From the NCBI GenBank assembly GCA_903877335.1, contig CAIRDJ010000059.1, forward strand, positions 1 to 34,894: a stretch of DNA of 34,894 nucleotides, given 5' to 3'. This DNA comes from an uncultured Chloroflexota bacterium. Its GTDB lineage: Bacteria > Chloroflexota > Anaerolineae > Aggregatilineales > Phototrophicaceae. This document shows positions 34,056-34,894 of this stretch, piece after piece; the stretch's first letter is position 1, and every line of letters starts with the position of its first letter. Made by a program: the position numbers and the translations under genes. Below the pieces are notes generated by a model. The model had not been told where the DNA came from, made no database searches, and saw only the letters and a list, made by a program, of their open reading frames with translations.

Positions 34056-34433
34056 CAATAAGATAACAAACCCATTTTTTCATCGTGAAGGAGCAAGCCA
34101 AATTCATTGTAGTTCACACCAGCACTAAACCAATGTTATGAGTTCCTACCCAATGATGGTGGGTCAATTGAAAGGCATACCCAAACATCAAAGTTTGACT
34201 CTCTTCAGGTGATGTTGGCACGGTTGCACGTTGCGTGCGTTTTGGCAACTGGGAAGTACCTAGCGAAGTTACGAAAGGGTAGTTCGAGGATTCAACCGTC
34301 AATGCGTCACGTTAACTGAACCAGTTCAAAGTTAGGATACTTTGCCAGACTTGATTTGCCTAATGAGGCATATGATGTTACACTCTAAACAGGGTCGCTT
34401 GAATTAGATTGAGATGCCACAGGAGGCATAACC

Positions 34434-34894
34434 GTGTTGCGAAAGCACATTCATTACACATTACCCTTGTTCCTCATAATCATCTTGAGCGGTATTGTTG
34501 GTTGTGTTCGTCCAGCTGGCGAAGATATTGCTCCACAGGTGGCACAGCTTCCAACGTTTACCATTACCCCCAGTGAAACGTTCACCCCCACCATTACTTT
34601 GACACCTTCTGAAACAGGGATTGTGCTTGTAAAAGAAATTACTGCCACTTCAACTCCCACTCAAACGCCATCACTGACGCCGGTTCAGAGCTTTTTGGCA
34701 CAATCTGCTCAAGAGGCAACCACTCCTACTGTGGTAGGGGTGAATGAGTTTCAGTTGACGGCTACTGCAATTGTGGCGGGGGCAACCGCAACCATTGATG
34801 CTCAATTAACGGCGACCGCTCTCGCTTCGGGAATTGGACTACCAACACAAACATCCACCCCTGATCTGGTTGCCACCCAAGCCGCAGCGTTTGC
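34434..34894 (+). CDS. Thr/Pro-rich lipoprotein (hypothetical), GTG start, 3' end truncated by the window edge
   Basis: 'GGAGG' lies 7 nt upstream of the GTG at 34434. Translation 'VLRKHIHYTLPLFLIIILSGIVGCVRPAGED...' has a lipobox 'SGIVGC', then T/P-rich 'TFTPTITLTPSETG...TSTPTQTPSLTP'. Open to the window end. Not in the ATG-only ORF track. Confidence 0.5.
   Translation, partial: MLRKHIHYTLPLFLIIILSGIVGCVRPAGEDIAPQVAQLPTFTITPSETFTPTITLTPSETGIVLVKEITATSTPTQTPSLTPVQSFLAQSAQEATTPTVVGVNEFQLTATAIVAGATATIDAQLTATALASGIGLPTQTSTPDLVATQAAAF

Noticed and set aside
34230-34310. tRNA-like 'GTTCGAGGATTCA' segment in the long leader
   Set aside because: No complementary T-stem and no matching acceptor stem could be built around it. 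Not a tRNA.
1-34894. CRISPR arrays, IS elements/transposases, integrases, rRNA/tRNA genes
   Set aside because: No direct-repeat/spacer periodicity, no DDE or tyrosine-recombinase-like ORFs, and no rRNA/tRNA-like conserved blocks were seen. The only tandem DNA repeats are the coding 48-bp array and the duplicated sulfotransferase-like genes.

Overview
A 34.9-kb window from a bacterium of about 50% GC. Thr/Pro-rich linkers, many pentapeptide-repeat proteins and peptidase-domain ABC exporters point loosely to a Chloroflexi-like organism (inference, not verified). Gene density is high and both strands are used. Reading left to right: (1) 1-5.1 kb holds a GH31 alpha-glucosidase (5'-truncated by the window edge) convergent with a three-gene sugar ABC importer (SBP-MalF-MalG type). 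(2) 5.3-7.7 kb holds an alpha/beta-hydrolase translationally coupled to a group-II PLP decarboxylase. (3) 7.7-14.9 kb is a plus-strand operon: a secreted Pro/Thr-rich repeat protein, an ABC exporter with an N-terminal C39-peptidase-like domain, a 4-TM pentapeptide-repeat protein with a large C-terminal domain of unknown type, and a lipoprotein pentapeptide-repeat protein. (4) 14.9-19.0 kb is a convergent minus-strand operon: a second ABC exporter with a C39-like N-domain, an NfeD-like small membrane protein, and an SPFH/flotillin-like protein whose C-terminus is a near-perfect 48-bp tandem Gly/Gln repeat array. (5) 19-27 kb holds a Tat-signal family-5 SBP, divergent from a non-canonical P1B-like P-type ATPase that sits in front of DppB, DppC and a fused DppD/F ATPase. 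(6) 27-31 kb holds two tandem paralogous sulfotransferase-like genes translationally coupled to a membrane-anchored TAXI/PhnD-like binding protein. (7) 31-34.9 kb is housekeeping: signal peptidase I, CrcB fluoride channel, undecaprenyl-diphosphatase, and a partial Thr/Pro-rich lipoprotein. No rRNA, tRNA, CRISPR array or transposase was recognised. The most unusual content is the pair of convergent peptidase-domain ABC exporter operons (pentapeptide-repeat partners on one side, NfeD/flotillin on the other) and the sulfotransferase/TAXI module fused to a Dpp/P-ATPase operon.
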